Shown in pieces: positions 37,936 through 46,517 of a stretch of DNA of 64,000 nucleotides. The DNA is from Thermofilaceae archaeon. GTDB lineage: Archaea > Thermoproteota > Thermoprotei > Thermofilales > Thermofilaceae. The position numbers were made by a program, and so were the translations under genes. How positions within the stretch are numbered: the first letter of the stretch is position 1; each line of letters begins with the position of its first letter. Under the pieces are notes generated by a model that did no database searches, was not told the origin of the DNA, and saw nothing but the letters and a program-made list of their open reading frames with translations. Location of the stretch: the NCBI GenBank assembly GCA_026986905.1, contig JALSNQ010000006.1, positions 23,634 through 87,633 on the forward strand, read 5' to 3'.

Positions 37936-38985
37936 CTATATTATATTACATGCAGAGAGCTTTTCCTTTAGGAAGCTAACCCTGTCGTCGACTATGCTTT
38001 TCGTGTACTCGTCACTCACGCTTTCCTCTTCGACGGGCTTTATAGGAGACATGTCTCCCCCTAATATGGCCGCAAGCTCAAGCGCCCAGAGACGCGCCGC
38101 CTCTACGGGTACGTAGCCGCCCCCTCCAGTAACGACCACTTTAGCCCCCTTCTCGACGTAGCTGTGTAGGAGTAACGCTAGCCTCCAATACGAGTTATCA
38201 GTAAACCTCAGCCCCACCAAGGGGTCGCCTCTGTGGCCGTCGACGCCCCCTTGTAGCACTATATAACGGGGCCCATAGCTGTCGAGGAGGGGCGCCAGCA
38301 GTTCCTCGAGCACTTTTTCGAAGACGTCATCGCCGCTTGCAAGCGGTACGGGCACATTTACGTTGAGACACTTCCCCTCTCCCTCTCCTAGTTCATCGAT
38401 CCACCCGGTACCTGGGTAAAACCCGTAGCCATAGCCGTGGACGCTTATCTTTAATATGCTGTCCCGGTAGAGGATATCCTGCGTACCGTCCCCGTGGTGC
38501 GCGTCCACGTCTACCACAGCGGTTCTTCCACGCTTTGAGAGTATGCGTGCAGCCAGGGCGACGTCGTTGAAAACGCAGAAGCCGCCAGCGCTCCTCCTCC
38601 TAGCATGGTGGAAACCGCCCTGAGGGTTGAAACACACGGATCGGTTGTCGAGTTGCTCGGCGCAGTGCACGGTGCCGGATACCGCTAGTAGTGCGTCCTC
38701 GAATACCCCTGGATACGCTGGCGTGTCCCCATAGTCGAGCCACCCCCTCCCACTCTTCGACATTCTTTTTACGTAGTCTACGTATTCCCTATCATGTACA
38801 AGGTACAGTATCTCTTCGCTGTATACTTCCGGCTCGACGACCTCAAATCCGAGTCCAGAGAGTAGTGGAACATATTTCTCGACGAAAATCTCAACCCTCC
38901 TCGTCCACGCCCCCCTCAGCTGGGGCGGGGTGAACGCGATCTTCCTGTATTCGTCTCTATATGAGATGGCGCCCATACTCCTCAT
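37936..38985 (-). CDS. Histone deacetylase superfamily (AcuC-like) protein
   Basis: GDTP, GGFHHA, GFCVFND, DVDAHHGDG, DGHRGDPL, GGGGY. Confidence 0.92.
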   Translation of the reverse strand: MRSMGAISYRDEYRKIAFTPPQLRGAWTRRVEIFVEKYVPLLSGLGFEVVEPEVYSEEILYLVHDREYVDYVKRMSKSGRGWLDYGDTPAYPGVFEDALLAVSGTVHCAEQLDNRSVCFNPQGGFHHARRRSAGGFCVFNDVALAARILSKRGRTAVVDVDAHHGDGTQDILYRDSILKISVHGYGYGFYPGTGWIDELGEGEGKCLNVNVPVPLASGDDVFEKVLEELLAPLLDSYGPRYIVLQGGVDGHRGDPLVGLRFTDNSYWRLALLLHSYVEKGAKVVVTGGGGYVPVEAARLWALELAAILGGDMSPIKPVEEESVSDEYTKSIVDDRVSFLKEKLSACNII

Positions 38986-39066
38986 GCGGTAGAAATAACG
39001 TGTGAGAGGCTATAATCGCTAGCTCCTCGGCGTCACTTATTAATATGCATGGGCTAAGTCTCTACT

Positions 39067-39146
39067 GGGGCCGCGGCACGCCTACGCTGCAGTGGTGGGC
39101 GACAGCCACCCGCTTTGTCCGGGTTCGAGTCCCGGCCCCGGCTCCA
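39067..39146 (+). tRNA. 3' half of split tRNA-Cys(GCA): leader 39067-39085, exon 39086-39092, intron 39093-39107 (37/38), exon 39108-39146
   Basis: g ct GCA g [15 nt] a cccgc tttgt ccggg ttcgagt cccgg ccccggc t cca; no 5' acceptor strand or D arm upstream; TATA-like ttattaata about 25 nt upstream. Confidence 0.88.
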
Positions 39147-39258
39147 TTCTCTATCCGTGAAGCCGTGCCTCTGCGCGGGGTGCCATGTTTTCTTCCCGGG
39201 CCGTTCCCTACGGGAAAAGTTAAAAAGGCTGTGGGGAGGGTTACATATGGCGGTAGCC

Positions 39259-39374
39259 GGGCCCGTAGTCTAGTTGGAAGGATGCCCCCGGGGAGGAGGG
39301 GCCTTAAGCCGCCCTGACAGCCGCCAGGGTTAGAGCGGCGGTGGTCCCGGGTTCAAGTCCCGGCGGGCCCACCA
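39259..39374 (+). tRNA. tRNA-Val(GAC) with two introns (25/26: 39284-39307; 37/38: 39320-39335)
   Basis: BHB helices aagg/cctt and ctga/ttag; removal gives a 76-nt cloverleaf ending acca. Confidence 0.92.
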
Positions 39375-39430
39375 GTTTTCTGGGTATAATGCTTATATTG
39401 AGAGTCTTTCTAGGTAGGTGGGGCTCGTTA

Positions 39431-39742
39431 ATGTCTGTGAAGGAGCTAAAGCTGGTTGAGGAGCGTGACAACAAGCTAGTGGGCAGGAAGGAGTATGTTT
39501 TCATAGTAGATCACTATGGAAGCGGGACTCCTAGGAGGGCAGAGGTTCGGGAGAAAGTAGCTGAGCTGTTGGGTGTGCCCGCGAACTTTATAGTTGTGCG
39601 TAAGCTCGAGACGGAGTATGGGTTGACTAGGTCTAAGGCGCTAGTCCACGTGTATTCGTCTGAGGCGAGGCTTAGAGAAGTTGAGCCGGAGCACGTTATA
39701 CGTAAAAACTTTGGCGGTGAAAAGGAGGGGGGAGGTGAGTAG
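39431..39742 (+). CDS. rps24e: 30S ribosomal protein S24e
   Basis: [26 protein letters not shown]. Confidence 0.94.
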   Translation: MSVKELKLVEERDNKLVGRKEYVFIVDHYGSGTPRRAEVREKVAELLGVPANFIVVRKLETEYGLTRSKALVHVYSSEARLREVEPEHVIRKNFGGEKEGGGE

Positions 39743-39744
39743 AC

Positions 39745-39942
39745 GTGTCGTGGGTTCACAAGCTCTACGAATACGACTACGAGAAGGGGACTATTAGGCT
39801 GAAGAATAAGAAATGCCCGAGATGTGGGTCGATAATGGCTCACCACCTGAAACCTGTTGAGAGGTGGCACTGCGGGAAGTGTGGCTACACAGAGTTCGTA
39901 ACCAAGAAGGGTAGCGGCAAGTCCCGGAGAAAGAAGGAGTAA
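39745..39942 (+). CDS. rps27ae: 30S ribosomal protein S27ae
   Basis: KCPRCG..MA.H...[10 protein letters not shown]. Confidence 0.95.
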   Translation: MSWVHKLYEYDYEKGTIRLKNKKCPRCGSIMAHHLKPVERWHCGKCGYTEFVTKKGSGKSRRKKE

Positions 39943-39983
39943 CGTCAAGGTTTTTACCTCTAGCGGTGTTTCTTCTAGGAATC

Positions 39984-41702
39984 ATGCGTGGTGACGATCT
40001 ACTTGTACTAGGCATCGAGAGTACTGCTCACACCTTTGGCGTCGGCATCGCTACTAGTAGTGGCCGGATACTGGCGGACGCCAGGTCTACGTATAAGCCG
40101 CCTCCCGGAGAGGGTATCAAGCCCGTCGAGGCTGCAGAGCACCACAGCAGGGTTGCTGGAGAAGTTTTACGCGAAGCACTGGATGAGGCCGGCGTGGGGC
40201 TCGGCGAGATAGACGGTGTAGCGGTGTCATTGGGGCCTGGGATGGGGCCATGCCTCAGGGTGGGGGCTAGTGTGGCGCGTTTCCTTGCATTGAAGCTCGG
40301 TAAACCCCTTATCCCAGTCAACCACGCTGTGGCGCATATAGAGATTGCGAGGCTCACTACGGGGTTGGAGGACCCGGTTGTCGTCTACGTGTCCGGGGGA
40401 AACACCATGGTTACAACCTTTGTGGGGGGTCGTTACAGGGTGTTCGGGGAAACTCTTGACATCTCGCTTGGGAACTGTCTAGACACATTCGCCAGGGAAG
40501 TCGGGTTGGGTTTTCCAGGTGTGCCAAAGGTGGAAGAGCTGGCCTCAAGGGGCAACGTCCTGCTAGATTTCCCGTACCTCGTGAAGGGTCAGGATCTATC
40601 CTATTCGGGGTTATTGACATATGCCTTGAGGGTTCTCAGGGAGGGGGCGAGGATCGAGGACGTAGCCTATACCCTGGTGGAGTACACGTATACAATGCTT
40701 GTAGAGGTCGCTGAGAGGGCAATGGCTCATACGGGGAAGGCGGAGCTCACAATAACGGGCGGAGTCGCTAGGAGTGAGAAGCTTTCCCGCAAGCTGGAGG
40801 ACATGGCTGAGGAGCGGGGAGCCAGCTTTCGCCCCGTAGAGCCCCGCTATGCAGGCGATAACGGAGCCATGATAGCTTATACTGGCGCGTTGGCGATGAG
40901 CAGCGGGGTTAGCTTGCCAGTAGAGAGGAGTGCTATCAGGCCTCTCTGGAGGATTGACAAGGTCGATATTCCATGGAGGAGAGAGGTGGGAAGGAAAAGC
41001 GGCGAAACATTTGTGCCTCGGCTTAAATTACCTGTTTCCCTATCACGTGTAGAGCCCATAGCTCTAGGAGCAGAAGCGGCGCTCTTCGAGGGGTTCCTGG
41101 CGGGGGAGCATGTAGTCGAAAAGTACAGGCTCTCTAAGGGTTATAGGCTGCCGGAGCTTGACAGGAGGCTTCGCAGGAGGAGAACGGCGTTGGAAGCTAG
41201 AGTGCTCGCCAGGGCTGTTGAAGCGGGGGTAGACGTGCCAGGTATAGTATACGTGTCCCCCGAGGACGCTGTGATAATAGAGGAGTATGTGGAGGGGCGG
41301 AGGCTTAAAGAGATCCTTTCTGAAGAGGGGCTTTCGGAGTACGTGGAAAGTGTTCTTAAAGCTCTTGGCAGGAGCGTTGCGAGGCTGCACGTTTCCGGGG
41401 TTGTCCACGGCGATTTGACTACGAGCAACGTTGTTGTACACGATGGAAGGCCCGTGTTGATCGATTTTGGCCTGAGTGAGTTCCGTAGGGATATAGAGGC
41501 CCGAGCGGTGGATTTACATCTTTTCCTACGTTCGCTGGAATCCACGCATCCATGGTATTCAGACGCTGCCTTTGGGAGGTTTGCCGACGGCTACTCGGAG
41601 GTTGTCGGCAGAGAGAATCTTGAGAGAATCCTGGAAAGGGTGCGTGAAATACGCATGCGGGGGCGCTTTGTGGAGGAGAGGAGACGGGGGGTTTGGGGTT
41701 AA
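39984..41702 (+). CDS. kae1: Fused KEOPS Kae1 (t6A synthase) - Bud32 kinase
   Basis: GIESTAHT, HAVAH, SGGNT, DNGAMIA; then GAEA, HGDLTTSN, IDFGL. Confidence 0.93.
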   Translation: MRGDDLLVLGIESTAHTFGVGIATSSGRILADARSTYKPPPGEGIKPVEAAEHHSRVAGEVLREALDEAGVGLGEIDGVAVSLGPGMGPCLRVGASVARFLALKLGKPLIPVNHAVAHIEIARLTTGLEDPVVVYVSGGNTMVTTFVGGRYRVFGETLDISLGNCLDTFAREVGLGFPGVPKVEELASRGNVLLDFPYLVKGQDLSYSGLLTYALRVLREGARIEDVAYTLVEYTYTMLVEVAERAMAHTGKAELTITGGVARSEKLSRKLEDMAEERGASFRPVEPRYAGDNGAMIAYTGALAMSSGVSLPVERSAIRPLWRIDKVDIPWRREVGRKSGETFVPRLKLPVSLSRVEPIALGAEAALFEGFLAGEHVVEKYRLSKGYRLPELDRRLRRRRTALEARVLARAVEAGVDVPGIVYVSPEDAVIIEEYVEGRRLKEILSEEGLSEYVESVLKALGRSVARLHVSGVVHGDLTTSNVVVHDGRPVLIDFGLSEFRRDIEARAVDLHLFLRSLESTHPWYSDAAFGRFADGYSEVVGRENLERILERVREIRMRGRFVEERRRGVWG

Positions 41703-41703
41703 A

Positions 41704-41783
41704 GGGTGGGCAGGCCCGTAGCTGGCCGAAGTGCGGCCCCGTTAAGGGGGTGGCCGCCGCCCTGTCCACTAGGCTACGGGCCC
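41704..41783 (-). tRNA. 5' half of tRNA-Arg(TCG) with a 32/33 intron (41731-41751), ending at G37 followed by a GC-rich trailer
   Basis: gggcccg ta gcct agtggaca gggc g gcggc c^intron^t TCG g; BHB gcgg/ccgc; A20; no T arm or 3' acceptor strand follows. Confidence 0.75.
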
Positions 41784-41789
41784 ACACAT

Positions 41790-42029
41790 CTAAGATGTCT
41801 GCCGCTTAGATAACTCCTTTGCTACACTAGTTACGGCCGCGTAGCACCTGAGTACGTCGTTTGCGAGGCTTTTCAAGTCGCCAGCGCTTTCCCCTGCTAT
41901 ACAGTACTCGATGGTCGCCCCCGTGTGCCGCGAATGTAGGGCCACTGCTCCCAACTCCGCGTCGTCCGGTTTAAGTGAAAGCCATACTTCACGTGAACCG
42001 GGTAAGAGGATCCTGATCCTATACTTCAT
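41790..42029 (-). CDS. KEOPS subunit Pcc1-like
   Basis: SLKPD...I.GES..DLKS..N..LR; typical position after rps15 and the DHH gene. Confidence 0.65.
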   Translation of the reverse strand: MKYRIRILLPGSREVWLSLKPDDAELGAVALHSRHTGATIEYCIAGESAGDLKSLANDVLRCYAAVTSVAKELSKRQTS

Positions 42030-43419
42030 GGTTCTCCGCCAGGGCCTCCACGAGGCTGTCCACCTGGCCTTTCTCTATAAGTATCCCGCCTGCCGCCGGG
42101 TGGCCGCCACCATACGCGTTAAGCTTCGCGGAGACCTTCTGTAGTAGGCTACCTATGTCCACCTCTTCCTTCACGCGTCTAAAGGAGACCTTCAGGTGGC
42201 TGTCGTCGACTGGGGCTGCCACGCCTACAAGCTTCACTTTAGCAGCCGCGGCGGAGGAGACTAGGAGGCTTGAGAGGGGGCCCGTGAGCTTAGGCTTCCC
42301 CTCCTCCCCTAGTATATATAGGAGTATGCCGTCCCTTTCAACTAGGCTGCGCCCCTCCTCTATCGTCCTTAAAAGCCTTGATAGCACGCGTTTATACTCT
42401 TTCATCGCGTCGAGGGCACGGACCAGGTAGCGGCCTCTATAACCCATGTTTACCGCCAGTGCTGTGCCGTAACGGTCCATTCTGCCCAGCGCGTTGAGCA
42501 TATAGGCGTATTCTCTTAGGTCGTGGAAGGGGCTTCCCGGGGCTTCGCGTGTATATAGGTATATATATCCGAAGATGCGCTCTGCCTCTTTTAGGGGCAC
42601 GCCCTTTGAGAGCAGATATTTGATAAGCTCTGTTGCCAGTGTTTTTATCTCATCGGGTGTGAGGGAAGAATACATCCTTAATTTACCATTTTCTGTGGGT
42701 TTTATCCCTATTTTCCTTAAAAAATCGTAGCACGCCGCCTCGTTTCCCGTGAGACCTGGAAGGTAGGGGTCAAACGTGTTTGCCAGGGCCCTTACAAGCG
42801 GTCTCTGAGATACGCCGAAGAGTCTTAGACCGACCTTGTACTCTACGAGCTCTAGCTTCCTGGCTTCCTCTACAATCGTCTTGTTAATACCCACCAGGGA
42901 AAACTTTGGGCCGGCGTCCTGCCTATCGCCGAGCGCGCCTGTTAAGGCTAAATGCGCCGCCGCCTCCGGCGCACCGCCAAGCGCCTTATAGACTAGATAC
43001 GTGACGCCCGCTGCGCTAACCTCCTTTGAGGCGTCTATACCCGCGAGATGGGGGTTTACCTCGACGATATCCTTCACGTCCCCGAGTGAGAGGTGGTGGT
43101 CTATGATCAGTATCTTCTCGGCAGGTATGTTTGAGAGAAGCGTCTTATAGCCGCTTCCCAGGTCTAGAAATACGATGTTTCTATATCCAAGCTTGCCGAC
43201 CTCATCTACTATGGAGGGGTAGAGTTGCTCCACTATTTTAAGGTGGAAGGGAGCTTTCAGCTGCTGGAGGAGCATCGTGAAAATAGAGGCAGATGACAAC
43301 CCGTCCGCGTCATAGTGGGAGACCACGAGTATAGGCTCGCCGCTATCCACCATGTCTTCTACGAGGCTGGCGCCGCTAGAGAGCATGTCGTCGAGGGATA
43401 CGCCGGCCATCAACACCAC
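42019..43419 (-). CDS. RecJ/Cdc45-like DHH phosphoesterase
   Basis: HYDADG, DLG, IDHH, GALGD, GGGHPAAGG. Confidence 0.9.
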   Translation of the reverse strand: MVLMAGVSLDDMLSSGASLVEDMVDSGEPILVVSHYDADGLSSASIFTMLLQQLKAPFHLKIVEQLYPSIVDEVGKLGYRNIVFLDLGSGYKTLLSNIPAEKILIIDHHLSLGDVKDIVEVNPHLAGIDASKEVSAAGVTYLVYKALGGAPEAAAHLALTGALGDRQDAGPKFSLVGINKTIVEEARKLELVEYKVGLRLFGVSQRPLVRALANTFDPYLPGLTGNEAACYDFLRKIGIKPTENGKLRMYSSLTPDEIKTLATELIKYLLSKGVPLKEAERIFGYIYLYTREAPGSPFHDLREYAYMLNALGRMDRYGTALAVNMGYRGRYLVRALDAMKEYKRVLSRLLRTIEEGRSLVERDGILLYILGEEGKPKLTGPLSSLLVSSAAAAKVKLVGVAAPVDDSHLKVSFRRVKEEVDIGSLLQKVSAKLNAYGGGHPAAGGILIEKGQVDSLVEALAENHEV

Positions 43420-43463
43420 AATAGTGTAATGGGGGTGTATAGTAAAAAGCTCTGAGTCCAGTA

Positions 43464-43922
43464 TTAGACGTATATGGCTATCTTTTCTGGCTCGTACTTC
43501 CAGTCCTGCGGTAGGACACCTACCCGTTTATAATACTTTGCTAGCCTGTAGATCTTGCTTTCCACTAGTTGTAGTCCACGCTTGGAGTGGAAGTCTTTTG
43601 GGTGCTCTTCGAGGTGGCGCCTTATCCTCACAGCCCTGCGGATCAGGTTAAACAGGTCTTCTGGTATCTCCGGGGCCATGCCACGTTCGCGTAGTATTCT
43701 GAGCATTTTCTTGCCTGTAACCGCCTTTACGAGGGGGATGCCGTACTGGTCTCTTAGGAGTATTCCTATAACTGACAGCGGGTAACCCTTCTTATAGAGG
43801 TTTACGACAAGTTCTTCGACTTTTTCCGGAGGCATGGTCACCCATTCGGGTTTCTCAAGGATTGGCGGACGCGTGGAGTGAGAGCTTCCCCTCTTCTTCG
43901 ACTTCCTCATATGTGTCCCCAC
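43464..43922 (-). CDS. rps15: 30S ribosomal protein S15 (uS15)
   Basis: [35 protein letters not shown]. Confidence 0.96.
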   Translation of the reverse strand: MGTHMRKSKKRGSSHSTRPPILEKPEWVTMPPEKVEELVVNLYKKGYPLSVIGILLRDQYGIPLVKAVTGKKMLRILRERGMAPEIPEDLFNLIRRAVRIRRHLEEHPKDFHSKRGLQLVESKIYRLAKYYKRVGVLPQDWKYEPEKIAIYV

Positions 43923-43961
43923 CTTTCAGCCTTACCCGGTGATATTAACTTTACCCAAGCG

Positions 43962-44660
43962 TCACAATGCGACGGATCCTCTATTTTTCTTCGGAGACTT
44001 GGGTTCCCGCACTCTATACTCGTTGCCCCTAATTTCGAGCACAAGATAGCCTCGCGGCGGCTCAGGAGTCTCAGATACGGCTATCACTCTCCCCCTCTCA
44101 TATACGCTTAGTGGAGCCCTTTCTCCCCTATATACTAGGAGTGCTTCACCTCTCCTGTAAGCATACCCTAAGGCGTACGCGAGTAGCCGCTGCGGCAACT
44201 CTGCTCCTTCCTTAGAACTCTCCGCTAACATGAAGATGTCTAGTATCATGCTAGCACAGTCTCTCCTAACATTGTCCTCGCTCCTCGCGGCTCTTTTAAG
44301 AGCCTCCAAGCCCTTACTCGAAAATTCTTCTATGAGTACTCTGCTACGCCACAAGGGTATACTTCCCTCCCCGGAAAGCGCGCTGCATACTACCTCGACG
44401 ACGTCGCTTAAGACGGGCTTTGAGGAAAAAACCACACGACGCTTAATTTGGTCTACTAGGATGAACTCCGCCCTTCTTTCACGGAGCAGCTGTAAGAGAG
44501 ACGCCAGGAGGTCCTCCGAGAGGAGACCCCCTTTAATCTGCAAGCCCCTTATATACCCTGACTCTAGGGCTGAGAGTATTTTTTCAAACATGTCTGCTAG
44601 CCTTGAGGGGGGTCCGCCTTGCCGGGTAGTCCTCACGGACCCTCGGCCCACTGAAGGCAC
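43962..44660 (-). CDS. Hypothetical protein
   Basis: Long ORF between the NUDIX gene and rps15; start uncertain. Confidence 0.55.
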   Translation of the reverse strand: MPSVGRGSVRTTRQGGPPSRLADMFEKILSALESGYIRGLQIKGGLLSEDLLASLLQLLRERRAEFILVDQIKRRVVFSSKPVLSDVVEVVCSALSGEGSIPLWRSRVLIEEFSSKGLEALKRAARSEDNVRRDCASMILDIFMLAESSKEGAELPQRLLAYALGYAYRRGEALLVYRGERAPLSVYERGRVIAVSETPEPPRGYLVLEIRGNEYRVREPKSPKKNRGSVAL

Positions 44661-44690
44661 GTCATCCCCCCACGCTTCTTAGAGCTTGTT

Positions 44691-45287
44691 CTAAAGAAAA
44701 GTGTTTCTAGCTGCCCATTTTTCCTTGAAAAGCGTATAGGTTGCCAGCGTCTTTGCATCAACTATTTCTCCCCTCTTTATCATTTCTTCAAACTCTTTCA
44801 GAGGTATCTCGAGAACCTCTATTATCTCATAGTCTTCAGGTTTTCTTTCCCCTCTTTCAGGGTTTTCTGCCAAGAATGCATACAACTTTTCGTCGCTGTA
44901 ACCTGGGGAGGAATAAAAAGCTCCTAGAGAAACAACGCGCCTAGCGATATACCCCGTCTCTTCCGCTAGCTCTCTTACCGCGCAGGCCTCGGGCTCTTCC
45001 CCAGGTTCAAGCGTTCCTGCTGGAAGCTCATATATCCAGCCATCGAGGGCGGGCCTATATTGTTTTTCAAGTACAACATTGCCGTTCTTCGTTAGAGCCA
45101 GAATTACTACAGCCCCCGGGTGCCTTACAACCTCTTTCTCATATGTTCTACCCTGATGCGTGTAGCGGATCTTTTCTACAGAAAACCTTCTGCCTCTATA
45201 CACCTCGTCTCGGGAAACTATTTCTGGCTCAGGGGGCCTATTCCCATGTTTCACACTCTTGGAGACCGCATCTCCCTTAAATACCAC
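44691..45287 (-). CDS. NUDIX hydrolase (ADP-ribose pyrophosphatase-like)
   Basis: HPGAV, QYR, ELPAG...GE....A.RELAEETG, SPG, DAKT. Confidence 0.92.
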   Translation of the reverse strand: MVFKGDAVSKSVKHGNRPPEPEIVSRDEVYRGRRFSVEKIRYTHQGRTYEKEVVRHPGAVVILALTKNGNVVLEKQYRPALDGWIYELPAGTLEPGEEPEACAVRELAEETGYIARRVVSLGAFYSSPGYSDEKLYAFLAENPERGERKPEDYEIIEVLEIPLKEFEEMIKRGEIVDAKTLATYTLFKEKWAARNTFL

Positions 45288-45308
45288 TTTCTCTTCTGTG
45301 GAAAGGAA

Positions 45309-46517
45309 ATGTTAAGCCGCGGCGCCGCGTGGAAGAGAATATATGACCCAATACATGGTTTTATTCCGCTTACAAGGCTAGAGGTAGGAATACTTGACTC
45401 ATGTTATCTGCAACGTCTACGTAGAATAAAGCAGCTGGGGCCTGCGGACTACGTTTATCCTTCAGCGACACATACGCGTTTCGCGCATTCCCTAGGCACC
45501 ATGTTGTTAGCCGGCAAGATAGCCATGCTTACAGGCCTCAACGATTTTGAAGTGAAAAGCGTTAGGCTAACCGGCCTGCTCCACGACATAGGCCACATGC
45601 CTTTTTCGCACTCTATAGAGCTTGTGAAGCATGAAAAGCTAGGCTTGGCGATAATAGAGAATTACCTCGCCGATGCATTGGGCGACCACGCGGAGATCGT
45701 GGCCAAAATCCTGTCTGGAGAACACAGGCTTAGCCCCATTATAAGCTCTGAAATAGACGCGGATAGAATAGACTATCTTGTACGCGACTCGTATTTCACG
45801 GGGCTTAGATACGGCCTAGTGGATGCTGACAGACTCGTGGAGTCACTGGTTCTGGTGGAGAAGGCCGGGCGCTACGGCTTGGCAGTGCGTGAAGACGCAC
45901 AAGCCGCCGTCGAAAGCCTGCTTATAGGGAGATTTCAGATGTTTAGGAGACTCTATTATCACCGAACTGTGGGAGGCTTTGAGGCCATCCTCTCACGGTT
46001 TTACGAGGAGAGTGTAAAGGAGGGAGCTATGCCTCCTCCCGACGAGGTGTTGAAGGGCGGCGGGTGGTGCGCGTTTGACGACTACAGTCTCGTCGCTGAG
46101 ATGAGGAAACTGGCGCGGGAGAACAGTTACATAGGTGAGCTGGCGAGGCTCTTTCTCACTAGGAGGCCTCTGAAACTTGTGGTGGAGGCGAAGCTCTACC
46201 TGAGCGGTGTATCTGAAAAGAAGCATAGCTTTATTGTCAAGTTGTGGCGCAGAGGAGCATTACTTGACGAGCTGGAAAGTCTAAGCAACGTACCCAGGGA
46301 GTGGATATTTATCCATGTGCCCAAGATGAAGCTGGTTAAGGGCGACGCGCCGCTCTTCGTGATTCGCGACGATGGAGAACTAGTTGAATTAGATAAGCTT
46401 GGCGAAGGGATACTGCCGAGGCTCTACAATCTCGGATACTCGCCGATAAGGGTATACACCAAGAAGGAGTACGCGGGGGAGCTTAGAAGGGCAGTGGAGA
46501 ACATTCGGGGAGGCTAG
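45309..46517 (+). CDS. HD-domain phosphohydrolase (dNTPase/SAMHD1-like)
   Basis: DPIHG, QRLRRIKQLG, HTRFAHSLG, HDIGH.PFSH, DADRIDYL.RD. Confidence 0.92.
   Translation: MLSRGAAWKRIYDPIHGFIPLTRLEVGILDSCYLQRLRRIKQLGPADYVYPSATHTRFAHSLGTMLLAGKIAMLTGLNDFEVKSVRLTGLLHDIGHMPFSHSIELVKHEKLGLAIIENYLADALGDHAEIVAKILSGEHRLSPIISSEIDADRIDYLVRDSYFTGLRYGLVDADRLVESLVLVEKAGRYGLAVREDAQAAVESLLIGRFQMFRRLYYHRTVGGFEAILSRFYEESVKEGAMPPPDEVLKGGGWCAFDDYSLVAEMRKLARENSYIGELARLFLTRRPLKLVVEAKLYLSGVSEKKHSFIVKLWRRGALLDELESLSNVPREWIFIHVPKMKLVKGDAPLFVIRDDGELVELDKLGEGILPRLYNLGYSPIRVYTKKEYAGELRRAVENIRGG

Noticed and set aside
39050..39146. Selenocysteine tRNA, permuted tRNA or simple pseudo-tRNA
   Set aside because: Anticodon is GCA rather than UCA, no 5' half follows locally, and a matching 5' half with a complementary trailer exists at 57002
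41704..41790. Plus-strand hairpin ending in ACA read as an H/ACA sRNA
   Set aside because: No K-turn; the minus strand gives a much better fit as a tRNA-Arg 5' half with a BHB intron
45120..45308. Long N-terminal extension of the HD protein
   Set aside because: It overlaps the divergent NUDIX gene; family similarity starts after the ATG at 45309
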